From positions 9,152,001 through 9,216,000 of the forward strand of contig CP068257.2 of assembly GCA_009914755.4 (NCBI GenBank): 64,000 nucleotides of DNA. Reading direction: 5' to 3'. Shown piece after piece: positions 13,346 to 26,596 of the stretch. The DNA comes from the human T2T-CHM13v2.0 reference genome, Homo sapiens. Position 1 is the first letter of the stretch. Each line of letters begins with the position of its first letter. The position numbers and the translations under genes are program-made. The notes beneath the pieces were generated by a model. It had not been told where the DNA came from. It made no database searches and was given only the letters and a program-made list of their open reading frames with translations.

Positions 13346-13885
13346 TTGAAGTTTTTTAGTTCAATGATCTTGGCATTTTCAAGATTTGCTATGTAATGAC
13401 TGCTCCATACCCCTTTCCTATCCATGGGAGTTCAGTTTCAAATGCACTGAGCATTCAAAGTAAGTCATCCTGGAAACAGCATGTCTGGTGATTTCCTAGT
13501 TGGGAAAATCTTCTGTTTAGCTGAGAGGGAAATTGCTATGGTTTGAGAAGAGACATTCTATGGTGAAATTTAGGGGAGAAATATATTATCTTTACAGGCG
13601 TCCTGGATACAAAACCAAACTGCGCTGCGCTCTACATGAAGAACTAATTTTATTGTGGGGTTTTTTTTGTTTTTTTTTGTTTTCAGAAAGTCTGAGGCTG
13701 ATATGAATGGAGTAGAGAAAGAGGGAAGGATGGTAGGAAAACACACCTCATTTTCCAGCCAGTGGCCATAGCCAGCCTCATCCCCAAGAAGCCTAAACAT
13801 TTTATACTTGTGTGAGTCTTCATATGAGCACATTCACTTCACTAAGGCTGCAACGTCCTGGAGAGATGAATGGTTTCCATTCACA

Positions 13886-14063
13886 GATGACAACCCTGAT
13901 GGCCCATACTCAGTGACAGGGATGGTCCACAGCTGACAAACCTGGTGGCCCATACTTGGTGACAGGGATGGTCCACAGCTGACAACACTAGTGGCCTATA
14001 CTCAGTGATGAGGATGGTCCACAACTGACAACCCTGGTGGTCCATACTCAGTGACAGGGATGG
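13886..14063. repeat. 46-bp-unit minisatellite, about 4 copies
   Basis: Unit 'tggcccatactcagtgacagggatggtccacagctgacaaacctgg' repeated with point variants. Confidence 0.7.
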
Positions 14064-15254
14064 AAGTCCTTCTCCATTTGCCCTTTATTAGAGAGATATA
14101 TCAGGCTCATTGTGTGGAAGGAAACATTTTCCAATGTACTCCACATGCACTCTGTGATGCTCATTGTCCTCTGACATGTAATTAAACACTGACACTTTTC
14201 TCCTAGCTTTCCTAAATGGCTAATGACAGAGGGGTGGTACCAGCTGCCCCAGGGTAAACTACTGAGCAAATCTAAAGGTGTGTCTTCTAGTTCCATCTTC
14301 TGTTAGAAAAACCAAATGCTCACAAAATGCAATAACAGTTTAAACCACAACTGCTCTCTCACAATGTTTTTCATCAATCATTATAATAATATTGTTTTTA
14401 AAATAAACTTTGTTTTAGGAGATTTGCATATCTACAGAAACATTGTGAACTTAGAGTAGACAGAGTTCACATCCACCCCCGGCTGTGTTTATCATTAACG
14501 TCTTACAATATTATATATATTATATTAGTGCATTTATTATTATTCATGTACCAATATTGATATATTTTTATTACTTAAAGCCTATATTTTACTTATATTT
14601 ATGTGGTTTACACTGAGTGTCCTTTTCTGTTCTGGGATCTCATTCAGGATCCCAAGAAACATTTAGCTGTCAAGTCTCCTGAGGCTCCTCTGGCTGAGGC
14701 AGTTGCTGGGACATTTTCTGCTTTGTATGACCTTGCAGGTTTGGAAGAGCACCAATCAGGGGTACAATAGGATGCCCCATACTGAAATCTTTATGTTGTT
14801 ATTCTCATGATTAGACTGGGGTCATGGCTTTTAGGGAGGAGAACCACAGAGGTAAGGTGCCATCGTCATCACATCATCTGAAGGGTACATACTGTCAACA
14901 TGACTAATCACTATTTATGGTGACCTTGTTCACCTTGCCAAGGTGGTGTTTGTTAGGTTTTCTCTTTCCATAGTGCACTCTTTAGAAGGAGGCTACTTTG
15001 TGCAGCCCACACTTAATGAGTGAGAAGTTTTGCTCCACCTCCTGAGGGTGGAGTATCCAGACAAATTATTTAGAATTCTTATGCATAATTTGTCTCATAT
15101 CTCCCATTTAAATATTTACTCAATTATCTATTAGTACCAGTATGGACTCATGGATATTTATTTGGTACTTTGAGTTAAAATTATATATTATTCTATTTAT
15201 TTTATTGCTCAAATTTTTCCAGTTCAAAAATTACCCACTACAATAGTTATGTAG

Positions 15255-15520
15255 TGGTACTTTGTTGTCATTTTAAGTTGCAATTCTCTGTTGACAAACA
15301 ATATTGAGCATTTTTTCATATCCTTATTTGGCATCTGTTTACCTTCTTTGGTGAGGGGTCTGTTCAGGTTTTTTTACATTATTTAACTGGGTTGCTTGTT
15401 TTCTTATTGTTGAATTTTAAGAGTTCTTTGTACATTTTAGATACACATTTTTTATCAGATATGCATTTTGAAAATATTTTCTACAAGTCTGTGGCTTGTC
15501 TATGATACTTTTAAAAATCT
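15255..15520 (-). mobile_element. L1M-family ORF2 3' region fragment (antisense)
   Basis: '...ttatttaactgggttgcttgttttcttattgttgaattttaagagttctttgtacattttagatacacattttttatcagatatgcattttgaaaatattttc' resembles the L1M 3' end motif 'tttaaattgggttgtttg...ttattgagttgtaagagttctttatatattctggatac...ttatcagatatatgatttgcaaatattttc'. Confidence 0.5.
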
Positions 15521-16493
15521 ATTTTCACACTCTAATGAGACATATGAAGAGGAAAGAAGTTAGTTAATTATAGGAGACCAATCATGTCTCTACATGGGGG
15601 TGTGTGAAGCCTCCTCCCTGGAGGAATCTACTTTTCCTTGGTCTTCCAAATACATTGTTATTTCCAAAACCATATATGAGGAGTATAAAAAAGATATGAG
15701 AATATATCAATACTCAAATAAAGAGAAAGTGTACTTAAAAAAAGAATTCTCACAATGACCAGTGAGGTAGATAAAACAGACATACATAAGCGTTCACGTT
15801 TATCAGATGCAGAAACTGAAGCCCAGGTAAGCCATATGACCCAGCTAGAGTCACTCAGTCGGCAAGAGATGGAGCCATGACTACACTCTTAGATTCTATC
15901 TCCTGGCCCCAAATTCACTTACCTTCATCACACTAGAACCATATCATGTTAGCCAACAGACCATCAGTGTGTTTGTTTAAAGTGCTAACTTACTGATAAT
16001 TCATGCATTTAACAGTGTATTTTTCAGATGCATTTGACCCTTGCTGTGTCAGATAAGTCACTTATTCAAAATGGAATAAGTTAAGATGTAGCATGAGCCT
16101 AACCGTGTCTTTGCTTTCTTGGCACTGTAAAGCTACAGTGGATCCTAAGTATTCTATCATCTGATTCTTCCAGACAATTCTTTATTGTACTCAACATTTT
16201 AGTGGCAGTAGTCCTTGGAATTTGCTAATCATTTTCCTTAAGAGTTTTGGAGGAAAATATCTGTTACTTAGCCAGCTAGCCAATTAGAAAATTAAAAGTC
16301 CCTTTAGATCATAATTTACCAGTCTTGAGACTACTGGCTTTTGGGCTGGATAATTCTTTGGTGTGGTGGGCTCTGATATATTATAAGATGCTTAGCAGCA
16401 TTCCAGGACTGTCCCTGCTAGATGCCAGTAGTATCCCTCCAGGATGCCACAACCATAAATGTCTCTAGAGATTGACAAGTGTCCCTTGGGGGC

Positions 16494-18761
16494 TCTATTG
16501 GTCCATTTTCACACTGCTGATAAAGATATACCTGAGACTGGGAAGAAAAATAGGTTTAATGGACTCCCAATTCCATGTGGCTTGGGAGGTCTCACAATCA
16601 TGGCAGAAGGAAACAGACACTTCTTACATGGCAGCAGCAAGAGAGAATGAGAACTGACTGAAAGGGGTTTCCCCTTATAAAACCATCATATCTCGTAAGA
16701 CTTACTGTCACAAGAGCAGCACAGGAAATACGTGCCCCCATGATTCAGTTACCCCCCACTTGGTCCCTCCCACAACACGGAATTGTGGCAGCTACAATTC
16801 AAGATGAGATTTCTGTGGGGACACAGCCAAAACATATCATTCTGTCCCTGGCCCCTCCCAAATCTCATGTCCTCAAATTTCAAAACCAATCATGCCTTCC
16901 CAGTAGAACCCCAAATTGTTAACCCATTTCAGCATTAATTCAAAAGTTTACAGTCCAATGTCTCATCTGAGACGAGGCAAGTCCCCTCTGTCTGTGAGCC
17001 CATAAAATCAAAAGCAAGTTAATTACTTTCTAGATACAATGTAGGTACATGTATTGGGTAAATACAGCTGTTACAAATGGGAGAAATTGGCCAAAACAAA
17101 GGGGCTACAGGCCCCATGCAAGTCCAAAATGCAGCAGGGAAGTCAAATTTTAAAGCTCCAAAATGATATCTTTTGACTCCATGTCTCACATCTGGGTCAT
17201 GCTGATGCAAGAGATGGGTTCCCGTGGTCTCAGGCAGCTCTGCCCCTGTGGCTTTGGAGGATACTGCCTCCCTCCCAGCTGCTTTCATGGGCTGGTATTG
17301 AGTGTCTGTGGCTTTTCCAGGTGCATTGTGCAAGCTGTCAGTGGATCTACCATTCTGGGGTCTGGAGGATGGTGGCTCTCTTCTTACAGCTTCACTAGGC
17401 AGCACCCTAGTGGGGAGTCTGTGGGGATCCCCACCCTACATTTCTCTTCTTCACTGCCCTGGTAGAGGTTCTCCATGAGGGCCCCACTGCTGCAGCAAAC
17501 TTTTGCCTGGACATCCAGATGTTTCCATAATATCTTCTGAAAAACTAGGCAGAGGTTCCCAAACCTCAATTCTTGACTCCTGTGCACCTGCAGGCTCAAC
17601 ACCACATGGAAGCTGCCAAGGCTTGGAACTTGCACCTTCTGAAGCCATGGCCCAAGCTGTACCTTGGCTCCTTTTAGTCATGGATGGAGCAACTGGAACA
17701 CAGTCCTTAGACTGCACACAGCAGAGAGACTCTGGTCCCGGCCAATGACACCATTTCTTCCTCCTAGGCCTCTGGGCCTGTGGTGGGAGGAGCTACCACG
17801 AAGGTCTCTGACATGCCCTGGAGACATTTTCCCCATTGTCTTGGTGATTAACATTCAGCTCCTCATTAATTATGCAAATTTCTGCAGCCAGCTTGAATTT
17901 CTCCTTAGAAAATGGGATTTTATTTTCTATCACATTGTCAGGCTGCAAATTTGTCAAACTTTTATGCTCTGTTTCCCTTTTAAAACTGAACACCTTTAAC
18001 AGCACCCAAGTCACACCTTGAATGCTTTGCTGTTTAGAAATTTCTTCTGCCAAATACCCTAAATCATCTCTCTCAAATTCAAAGTTCCACAAATCTCTAG
18101 GTCAGGGGCAAAATGCTGCCAGTATCTTTGCTAAAATATAGCAAGAGTCACCTTTGCTCCAGTTCCCAACAAATTCCTCCTCTCCATCTGAGACCACCTC
18201 AGCCCGGATTTCATTGCCCATATCATTATCAGCATTTTGCTCAAAGCCATTTAAAAAGTCTCTACTAGGGAGTTCCAAATATTCCCACATTTCCTGTCTT
18301 CTTCTGAGCCCTCCAAACAGTTTCAACCTATGCCTGTTAGCCAGTTCCAAAGTTGCTTTCACATTTTTTGGTATCTTTTCAGCAATGCCCCAGTCCACTG
18401 GTACCAATTTACTGTATTAGTTCATTTTCACACTACTGATAAAGACATACCTGAGACTGGAGAGAAAATAGGTTTAATAAACTCAGTTCCATGTGGCTAG
18501 GGAGGCCTCACAATCATGGTGGAAGGCGAAAAGTACTTCTTACATGGCAGCAGCAAGAGAGAATGGGAACTAAGTGAAAAGAGTTCTCCCTTACAAAACC
18601 ATTATGTCTCATGAGACTTATTAATTATCATGAGAAGATCATGGGAAAAGCCTTTCCCCATGATTCAATTACCTCCTACTGGATCCCTCCCACAACATGT
18701 GGGAATTGTGGAAGCTACAATTCAAGATAAGATTTGCATGGGGGCACAGCCAATCCATATC
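16494..18761 (-). mobile_element. Structurally complete THE1-class ERVL-MaLR element (LTR 16494-16837, internal 16838-18412, LTR 18413-18761) with a perfect 5-bp TSD 'ggggc' (16489-16493 and 18762-18766)
   Basis: Both ends carry '...t(c/g)tatt(g/a)gt(c/t)cattttcacact(g/a)ctgataaaga(t/c)atacctgagactgg...cctcacaatcatgg...ggaattgtgg(c/a)agctacaattcaagat(g/a)agattt...cacagccaa(a/t)(a/c)catatc', the reverse complement of the THE1 LTR (TGATATGGTTTGGCTGTGTCCCCACCCAAATCTCATCTTGAATTGTAGCTCCCA...ACGGACTAATACA). The 1.57 kb between the LTRs fits the THE1 internal length. Total is about 2.27 kb. Confidence 0.85.
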
Positions 18762-19332
18762 GGGGCAAAGTCCCCTCTGTCAAGAACCACTACTCTAGTG
18801 TTTAAACTGTTTGATGACTAAAGATTGCAGCAGCAGTAGATTATAATATGTTAATTTCAAGAAGCTGTAGACTTTATAAGTATAATTTATTGTTTTGTAT
18901 TTTTATTACTTTATTTATATCATAATTTGATCAAGCAAAACAAATTTAAATTTTCATTTCAAAATTGATAATAAAATGGAAGGAATAGGATTAAATGACA
19001 GGAAGGATAGAAAAGGCAAAATGGAGGTCAACTAGGGCTTAAATTTATTTTTGGCAAAATGAAACAATTTTCTGATTCAAAGAAATGTCCCTCATGGGAA
19101 CATCTTTTGCCTTTTGTCTTTTCATTATAGAATCATAGAATCTTAGAGCCAGTTGGGCCCACAGAGATTACCAGGTGAGTGCTAGAGAAAGAAGGGTAAA
19201 GCATTGGTGATAGGTTCATGTTCCTTCTTACTGCAGCCTGTTAGTCTGAGTGCTATAATACATATGACTTAATTATGGAAAATCTATAGTTAATTATAGC
19301 ATTAATTATAGCATAGAAATAATCTGAAAATT

Positions 19333-19650
19333 GGCCGGGCGCGGTGGCTCATGCCTGTAATCCCAGCACTTTGGGAGGCCAAGACGGGTGGATCACAAGG
19401 TCAGGAGATGGAGACCATCCTGGCTAACACAGTGAAACTCCATCTCTACTAAAAATACAAAAAAAAAAAAAAATTAGCCAGGCGTTGTGGCGGGTGTCTG
19501 TAGTCCCAGCTACTCAGGAGGCTGAGGCAGGAGAAAGGCATGAACCTAGGGGGCAGAGCTTGCAGTGAGCGGAGATCGTGCCACTGCACTCTGGCCTGGG
19601 TGAAAGAGCAAGACTCCATCTCAAAAAAAAAAAAAGAAAAGAAAGAATCT
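19333..19650 (+). mobile_element. Alu SINE (AluS/Y-like, full length with an A-rich linker and poly-A tail)
   Basis: ggccgggcgcggtggctcatgcctgtaatcccagcactttgggaggccaagacgggtggatcacaaggtcaggagatggagaccatcctggctaacacagtgaaactccatctctactaaaaatacaaaaaa...gcactctggcctgggtgaaagagcaagactccatctcaaaaaaaaaaaa. Confidence 0.95.
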
Positions 19651-20058
19651 GAAATTATACATAGCAACACATGGAAGTTGATTTGAAAAGTTGTCCGTTT
19701 TGAACTAGGACTCCCTGGAGAACTGGCTGACTCAAGGGCTAGGGAAGGGAAAATGCATGATGAACCTGGAGGACCTTGTGTTGCCAGAAAGTAAGGGGTC
19801 AGGGAACAGGCCTGACAAAGCAACATGCAGCCAACCTGAAAGAGCTCCCAGTGGCCAAAGCTGGAAAACTTTGAACAACAAAATTAATAAAAATACTACT
19901 GAGTTATAACCCAAAGAAAAAAGTAAATATCTGTGAGTTTATACTGATAAAAATAAATGGTTAAATACATAATAACTGAAGAAGTGAAAAAAATCTTCCT
20001 TGTGGAAGATTTCCAAATAGTAAACATAAAAGAAAGGAGGGAAATGGAAGACACCACT

Positions 20059-20422
20059 TGATGTGGTTTGGCTGTGTCCCCACTCAAATCTTGTCTTGAA
20101 TTGTAGCTCCCATAATCCCCACCTGGCCTGGGAGGTACCCAGTGGGAGGTAATTGAATCATGGCTCTGATTTTTTCCCATGCTGTTCTGGTGATAGTGAA
20201 TAAATCTCATGAGATCTGATGGTTTATAAAGGGCAGTTCCCCTCCACATGCTCTCTTGCTTACCACCATACAAGATGTGCCTTTGCTCTATCTTTGCCTT
20301 CCACCATGATTGTGAGGCCTCCCCAGTCCTGTGGAACTGTGAGTCCATTAAACATCTTTTTCTTTATAAATTACCCAGTCTCCCATATGTCTTTGTTAGC
20401 AGTGTAAGAATGGACTAATACA
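20059..20422 (+). mobile_element. Solo THE1-class LTR with a perfect 5-bp TSD 'ccact' (20054-20058 and 20423-20427)
   Basis: 'tgatgtggtttggctgtgtccccactcaaatcttgtcttgaattgtagctcccataatccccac...cctccccagtcctgtggaactgtgagtccattaaacatcttt...ttataaattacccagtctc...gttagcagtgtaagaatggactaataca'. Confidence 0.85.
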
Positions 20423-21319
20423 CCACTAGAATACCACAGTAATAGTCGCCATAGGAAAGATTCATGGATGACTGCTGAAATTAGTGTCTGAAACATAAGG
20501 AAGAAACAGGATATTTGAATAACCTCAAATATCTGTGGCCAAAGATTTATTAATTACTGTACTGAATTTAACATATATCCACAAATTCTTTCATAGTTTT
20601 TCCTCCAGCAGGTGGAGTTTAATTTCCCTCCTTATGAAAGTAAGCTGGATTTAGTGCCTTGCTTGTAATAAATAGAGTTTTGGAAAAGTAAAAATAGTGA
20701 CCCTACAGTGAAAAAATCTGAAAGATTTGGCCTTATCCAAGTGATGGAGGTGAGCATCACCAGTGATAAGTAGTGTTGATGTCAAGCATCCCTGGAAATG
20801 ATGCAATGAGAAGGACATCACCACTGTGTTACCTTACCCCCAAATCCAGAATGCCAGTGCAATCTAGAGAAAAAATCCGCAATTGAGGAGCATTCTACAA
20901 AATACCTGACTAATACTCTTCAAAAGTGTCAAGTTCATGAGTAACAAGGGAAGACAGTGACGCTGTCACGGATTGGCAGAGACTAAGAAGACATAACAGA
21001 TGAATGCAACGTGGTATTCTGGATTGGATCCTTGAATAGGAAAAGGGCATTATTGGAAAAACTGTCAAAAAGCCAAATAAAGTCCATAGTTTAGTCAATA
21101 GTGTAGCAATGTTGATTTCTTAGTTTTGATAAATGTGTCATGGTTATATAACACGCTAAAATTAGGGGAGACTGGGTGGAAGGCTCACTGGAACCCTTTA
21201 TACTATCCTTACAACTTTTCTATAAATCTTAGTATTTCAAAGTTAAGTAAAAGTGAAAAATTGTGAAGTCCCTTCTTTCTTAAAACAAATCTAGGATGCT
21301 TGTTATGTGTTAACAATTC

Positions 21320-22045
21320 TTGTAAATGCAAATCACTTTGGAGAACAATAAATATTACCCAGAAAAACTGACCACTTTCAATCCCCATGACCTAGCAATT
21401 TTATTGATTGTATGTTTTTAAAAATGTGCCTGTGCCCAATATCACTAATTAATAGGGATGCATATCGAAACCGCAACAATGTACCACTTCCCAGCCGTTA
21501 GTTTGGCTACTACTAGAAAACAAAAACAAAAACAGATATTTGAACGCTTGACACTGCTGGTGGGAATGTAAAATGGTACAGTAACAATGGAAAACAGTTT
21601 GGAGGTTCTTCAAGAAATTGAAAATAGATATATCTTGTCATTCAGCATTTTCACTTCTGGGGATATATCCAAAAGAATTGAAAGTAGGGACCTAAACAAA
21701 TGTGTGTATACGCATGTCCATAGCAGCATTACTTGCATCAGCTAAAACATGGAAGCAACCCAAAGATCCATCAGTGGAAGAATAGATAAGCAAAATGTGC
21801 TACATACATACAATGAAATATTAATCAGCATTAAGAGGCAATGAAATTCTGAGACATACTACAACATGGATAAACCTTGAAGATTTTATGCTAAGTGAAA
21901 TAAGTCAGTCACAAAATGACAAATATTCTGTGATTCCCCTCATACAATATACTTAGTAAGACTCATGGGGACAGAAAGAAGAATGATGGTTGCCAGGGGC
22001 TGGGGGAAGGCAGAATGGAGAGTTATTGTTTGAAAGGTACAGAGG
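21320..22045 (+). mobile_element. Older L1M-type LINE 3' portion (ORF2 C-terminal region), split by a younger L1; its continuation lies at 28591-28752
   Basis: 'ctggtgggaatgtaaaatggtacag...atggaaaacagtttggaggttcttcaagaaattgaaaatagatat...catagcagcattacttgcatcagctaaaacatggaagcaacccaaagatccatcagtggaagaatag...atggttgccaggggctggggg...gtttgaaaggtacagag' is sense-strand L1M ORF2 end/3'UTR. The downstream piece 'gagtttcagtgtgggatgatggaaagtgctggag...tgcacaacaatgggaatgaatttaatgccactgagttgtacatttgaaaatcattgaaatgg...ttaccacaataaaa' completes the L1M 3' terminus. Confidence 0.75.
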
Positions 22046-24222
22046 TTTTTTTTTTTTAATTATTATTATTTCAATAGTTTTGAGAAAGCAGGTGGTGTTT
22101 GGTTACATGGATAAGTTCTTGAGTGGTGATTATGAGATTTTGGTGCACCCATCACCCAAGCAGTGTACACTGTACCCAATGTACAGCCTTTTGTCCCTTA
22201 TCACCCACTTCTCCTCAAGTCCCAGAGTCCATTATGTCATTCTTACGCCTTTGCGTCCCCATAGCATAGCTTCCACTTAAAAGTCAGAACATACGATGTT
22301 TGGTTTTCCATTCCTGAGTTACATCAGTTAGAATAGTGATCTCCAACTCCATCAAGGTTGCTGCAAATACCATTATTTCATTCATTTTTATGGCTGAGTA
22401 ATGTTCCATGGTATATATATACACCACATTTTCTTAATCCACTATTGATTGATGGGCATTTGGGCTGGCTCCTTATTTTTGCAACTGTTAAATTGTGCTG
22501 CTATAAATGTGTGTGCCAGTGTCTTTTTCATATAATGACTTCTTTTCCTCTGGGTAGATACTCACAAGTGGGATTGCTGGATCAAACGGAAGTTCCACTT
22601 TTAGTTCTTTAAGGAATTTCCATACTGTTTTTCATAGTGGTTATACTAGCTTATGTTTCTACAAGCAGTGTAAAAGTGTTCCCTTTTCACAACATCCATA
22701 CCAATGTCTATAATTTTTTGATTTTTAAAATTATGGCCATTTTTGCAGGAGAAAGGTGGTATTGCATTGTGGTTTTGATTTGCATTTCCATGATAATTAG
22801 TGATGTGCATTTCTTTATATGTTTGATGGCCATTAGTATATCTTCTTTTGAAAATTGTCTGTTCATGGCCTTAGCTCACTTTTTGATGTGTTTGTTTTTA
22901 TCTTGTTGATTTGTTTGAGTTTCTTGTAGATTATGAATATTAGTCCTCTATTGGATACATAGTTTGTAGTTTGCGAATCTTTTCTCCCACTCTGTGCATT
23001 GTCTGTTTACTATGATGATTATTTCTTTTGATTTGCAGAAGGTTTTTACTTTAATTAAGTCTCATTGGTTTATCTTTGTTTTTGTTGCATTTGCTTTTGA
23101 GTTCTTGATCATTAACTTTTTGCCTAGGCCAATGTCTAGAAGAGTTTTTCCAGTGTTATCTTCTAGAATTTTTATGGTTTCAGGTCTTAGATTTAAGTCT
23201 TTGATACATTTTGAGTTGATTTTGTATAAGGTGAGAGATGAGGATTTAGTTTCATTTCTGTACATGTGGCTTGCCAATTATCCCAGCAGCATGTGTTAAT
23301 AGGGGATCCTTTCTCCATTTTATGTTTTGTTTGCTTTGTGGAAGATCAGTTGATCATAAGTATTTGGCTTTATTTCTGGGTTCTCTATTCTGTTTTATTG
23401 GTCTATGTGCTTATTTTTTCATCAGTTCTATGCTGTTTTGGTAGCTATAGCCTTGTAGTATAGCTTGAAGTGAGATAACGTGATGCCTCCAGATTCGTTC
23501 TTTTTGCTTATTTAATCTTGCTTTGGCTATATGGGCTCTTTTTTGGTTCCATATGAATTTTAGGATTGTTTTTTCTAGTTCTGTGAAAAATGATGATGGT
23601 ATTTTGATGGGAATTGCATTGAATTTATAAATTGCTTTCAGCAGAATTATCCTTTTCACAATATTGATTCTACCCAACCACGAGCATAGGATGTGTTTCC
23701 ATTTGTTTGTGTTGTCTGTGATTTCTTTCAGCAGTGTTTTGTAGTTTTCCTTGCAGAGATTTTTCACATTTTTGTTGGGTATATTCTTAAGTATTTTACT
23801 TTTTTGTAGCTGTTGTAAAAGACATTGAGTTCTTTATTTGATTCTAAGCTTGGTCATTGTTGGTGTATAGCAGTGCTACTGATTTGTGTACATTAATTTT
23901 GTACCTGAAACTTTACTGAATTCATTTATTAGATCTATGAGCTTTTGGGATGAGTCTTTAGGGTTTTCTAAGTATACCATCATGTCAGTGGCATTAGCAA
24001 CAGTTTGACTTCCTCATTACTGATTTGGATGCCTTTTGTTTACTTCTCTTGTCTAATTGCTCCGGCTAAGACTTTCAGTACTATGTTGAATACAAGTGGT
24101 GAAAGTGGGCATCCTTGTTTTGTTCCACTGATCAGAGAAAATTCTTTGAGCTTTTCCCATTCAGTATGATGTTGGCTGTGGATTTGTCATAAATGACTTT
24201 TATTACCTTAAGGTATGTCCCT

Positions 24223-24483
24223 CTATGCTGTTTTGCTGAGGGTTTTAATCATAAAGGGATGCTGGATTTCATCAAATGCTTTTTCTGCATCTATTGAGGT
24301 GATCATATGATTTTTGATTTTACTTCTGTTTATGTGCTGTATCACATTTTTTGACTTGCATATGTTAAACCATCCCTGTATCCCTGTTATAAAACACACT
24401 TGATCATGGTGGATTATCTTCTTGATATGCTGTTGAATTGAGTTAGATAGTATTTTGTGGAGGATTTTCACATCTATGTTCAT
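24223..24483 (-). pseudogene. L1 ORF2 reverse-transcriptase domain remnant (86-aa fragment)
   Basis: '[86 protein letters not shown]' aligns to L1 ORF2p '[87 protein letters not shown]'. Neighbouring fragments at 23062-23767 and 24571-25206 are in other frames, so the ORF is broken. Confidence 0.85.
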
Positions 24484-25449
24484 CGGGGATATTGGTTTGT
24501 AGTTTTCTTTTTTTTTGTTATATCTTTTCCTGGTTTTGGTATTAGGGTAATGCTGGCTTCATAGAATGATTTAGAGAGGATTCCCTCTTTCTCTATCTTT
24601 TGGAATAGTTTCAGTAGGATTGGTACCAATTCTTCTTTGAATGTCTGATAGAATCCAGCTGCTCCTGGACTTGTTGTTGCTGGCAGTTTTTTTTATTGCT
24701 GTTTTAATCTTGCTACTTGTTATTGGTCTGTTCAGAGTTTCTATTTTTTTCTGGTTTAATCTAGGAGGATTATGTATTTCCAATAATTTATCCAAATCTT
24801 TTAGGTTTTCTAGTTTGTGGACATAAAGGTGTTCATAGTAGCCTTGAATGATCTTTTGTATTTCTGTGGTATTAGTTGTAACATCTCCCATTTCATTTCT
24901 AATTGAGTTTACTTGGATCTCCTCTCTTTTTCTCTTGGCTAATCTTGCTAATAGTCTCTCACTTTTGTTTATGCAAAAAGAACTAGCTTTTTGCTTCATT
25001 TATCTTTTGTATTGTTTTTGTTTGCTTGTTTCAATTTTATTTAGTTCTACTGTGATCCTGGTTATTTCTTTTTTTCTGCTGGGTTTGGGTTTGGTTTGTT
25101 CTGGCTTCTCTAGTTCCTTGAGGTGTGACCTTGGGTTGTTTATTTGTGCTCTTTCAGACTTTTTGATGTAGGCATTCAATGCTATGAACTTTCCTCTTAG
25201 CACCACTTTTGCTGTGTCCCAGAGATTTTGATTGGCTGTGTCACTATTATTGTTCAGTTCAAATATATTTTTTAATTTCCATTTTTATTTTATTTAACCC
25301 CAGGATCATTCAGTAACAGATTATTCAGTTTCCATGTATTTGTATAGTTTTGATGGTTCCTTTGACAGTTAATTTGTAATTTTATTCCACTGTGGTCTGA
25401 GAGAGAGTATTTTACATAATTTCAATTTTCTTAAATTAATTGAGACATG

Positions 25450-25757
25450 GTTTTTTTTTTTTTTTTTTTTTAGATGGAGTCTCACTCTTGTTGCCCAGGC
25501 TGGAGTGCAGTGGCATGATCTCAGCTCACTGAAACTTCCTCCGCCCAGGTTCAAGTGATTCTTCTGCCTCACCTTCCCTAGTAGCTGGGACTACAGGTGC
25601 ATGCCACTATGCCCAACTAATTGTTTTTGTATTTTTAGTAGAGACACGGTTTTGCCATGTTAGCCAGGCTGGTCTCAAACTCTTGACCTCAGGTGATCTG
25701 TCTGCCTTGGTCTCCCAAAGTGCTGGGATTACAGGTGTGAGCCACCACACCCGGCCG
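25450..25757 (-). mobile_element. Alu SINE nested inside the L1 ORF2 region
   Basis: Poly-T then 'agatggagtctcactcttgttgcccaggctggagtgcagtggcatgatctcagctcactg...ggtctcccaaagtgctgggattacaggtgtgagccaccacacccggcc'. L1 collinearity resumes immediately on both sides. Confidence 0.9.
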
Positions 25758-26263
25758 AGACACATTTTGTGACCTATTATATAGTCTATTTTGGAGAATG
25801 TTCCATGTGCTGAGGAGAAGAACATATATTCAGCAGTTGTCGGATAGAATGTTCTGTAAACATCTGTTAAGTCCATTTGTTCTAGGGTGTAGTTTCCCAC
25901 TGTTTCTTTGTTGACCTGTATTTATGACCTTTCTAGTGGTCAGTGGAGTACTGAAGTGCCCACTATTATAGTGTTGCTGTCTATCTAATTTCTTAGGTCT
26001 CATGATAATTGTTCTATAAATTTTGGAGCTCCAGTGTTAGGTGCATATATATTTAGGATTGTGATTTTTTTCCTGTTGGACGAGTTTTTTGATCACTATT
26101 TAACTGTTGCTGATTTAAAGTATTTTCTGTCTGATACAAGAATGGATACTTCTACTCACTTTTGGTATCCATTTGTGTGGAATATCTTTTTCCACTTGGT
26201 TACTTTAGGTTTAGGTGAAGCCTTATGTGTTAGGTGCATCTCTTAAAGACAGCAGATACTTGA

Positions 26264-26574
<311 letters not shown>

Positions 26575-26596
<22 letters not shown>

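Noticed and set aside
17019-18420. 128-aa, 111-aa and 101-aa ORFs inside the THE1 internal region as possible gag/pol remnants
   Set aside because: MaLR internal regions are non-autonomous and retain no recognisable retroviral domains. These ORFs show no protease, RT or gag motifs.
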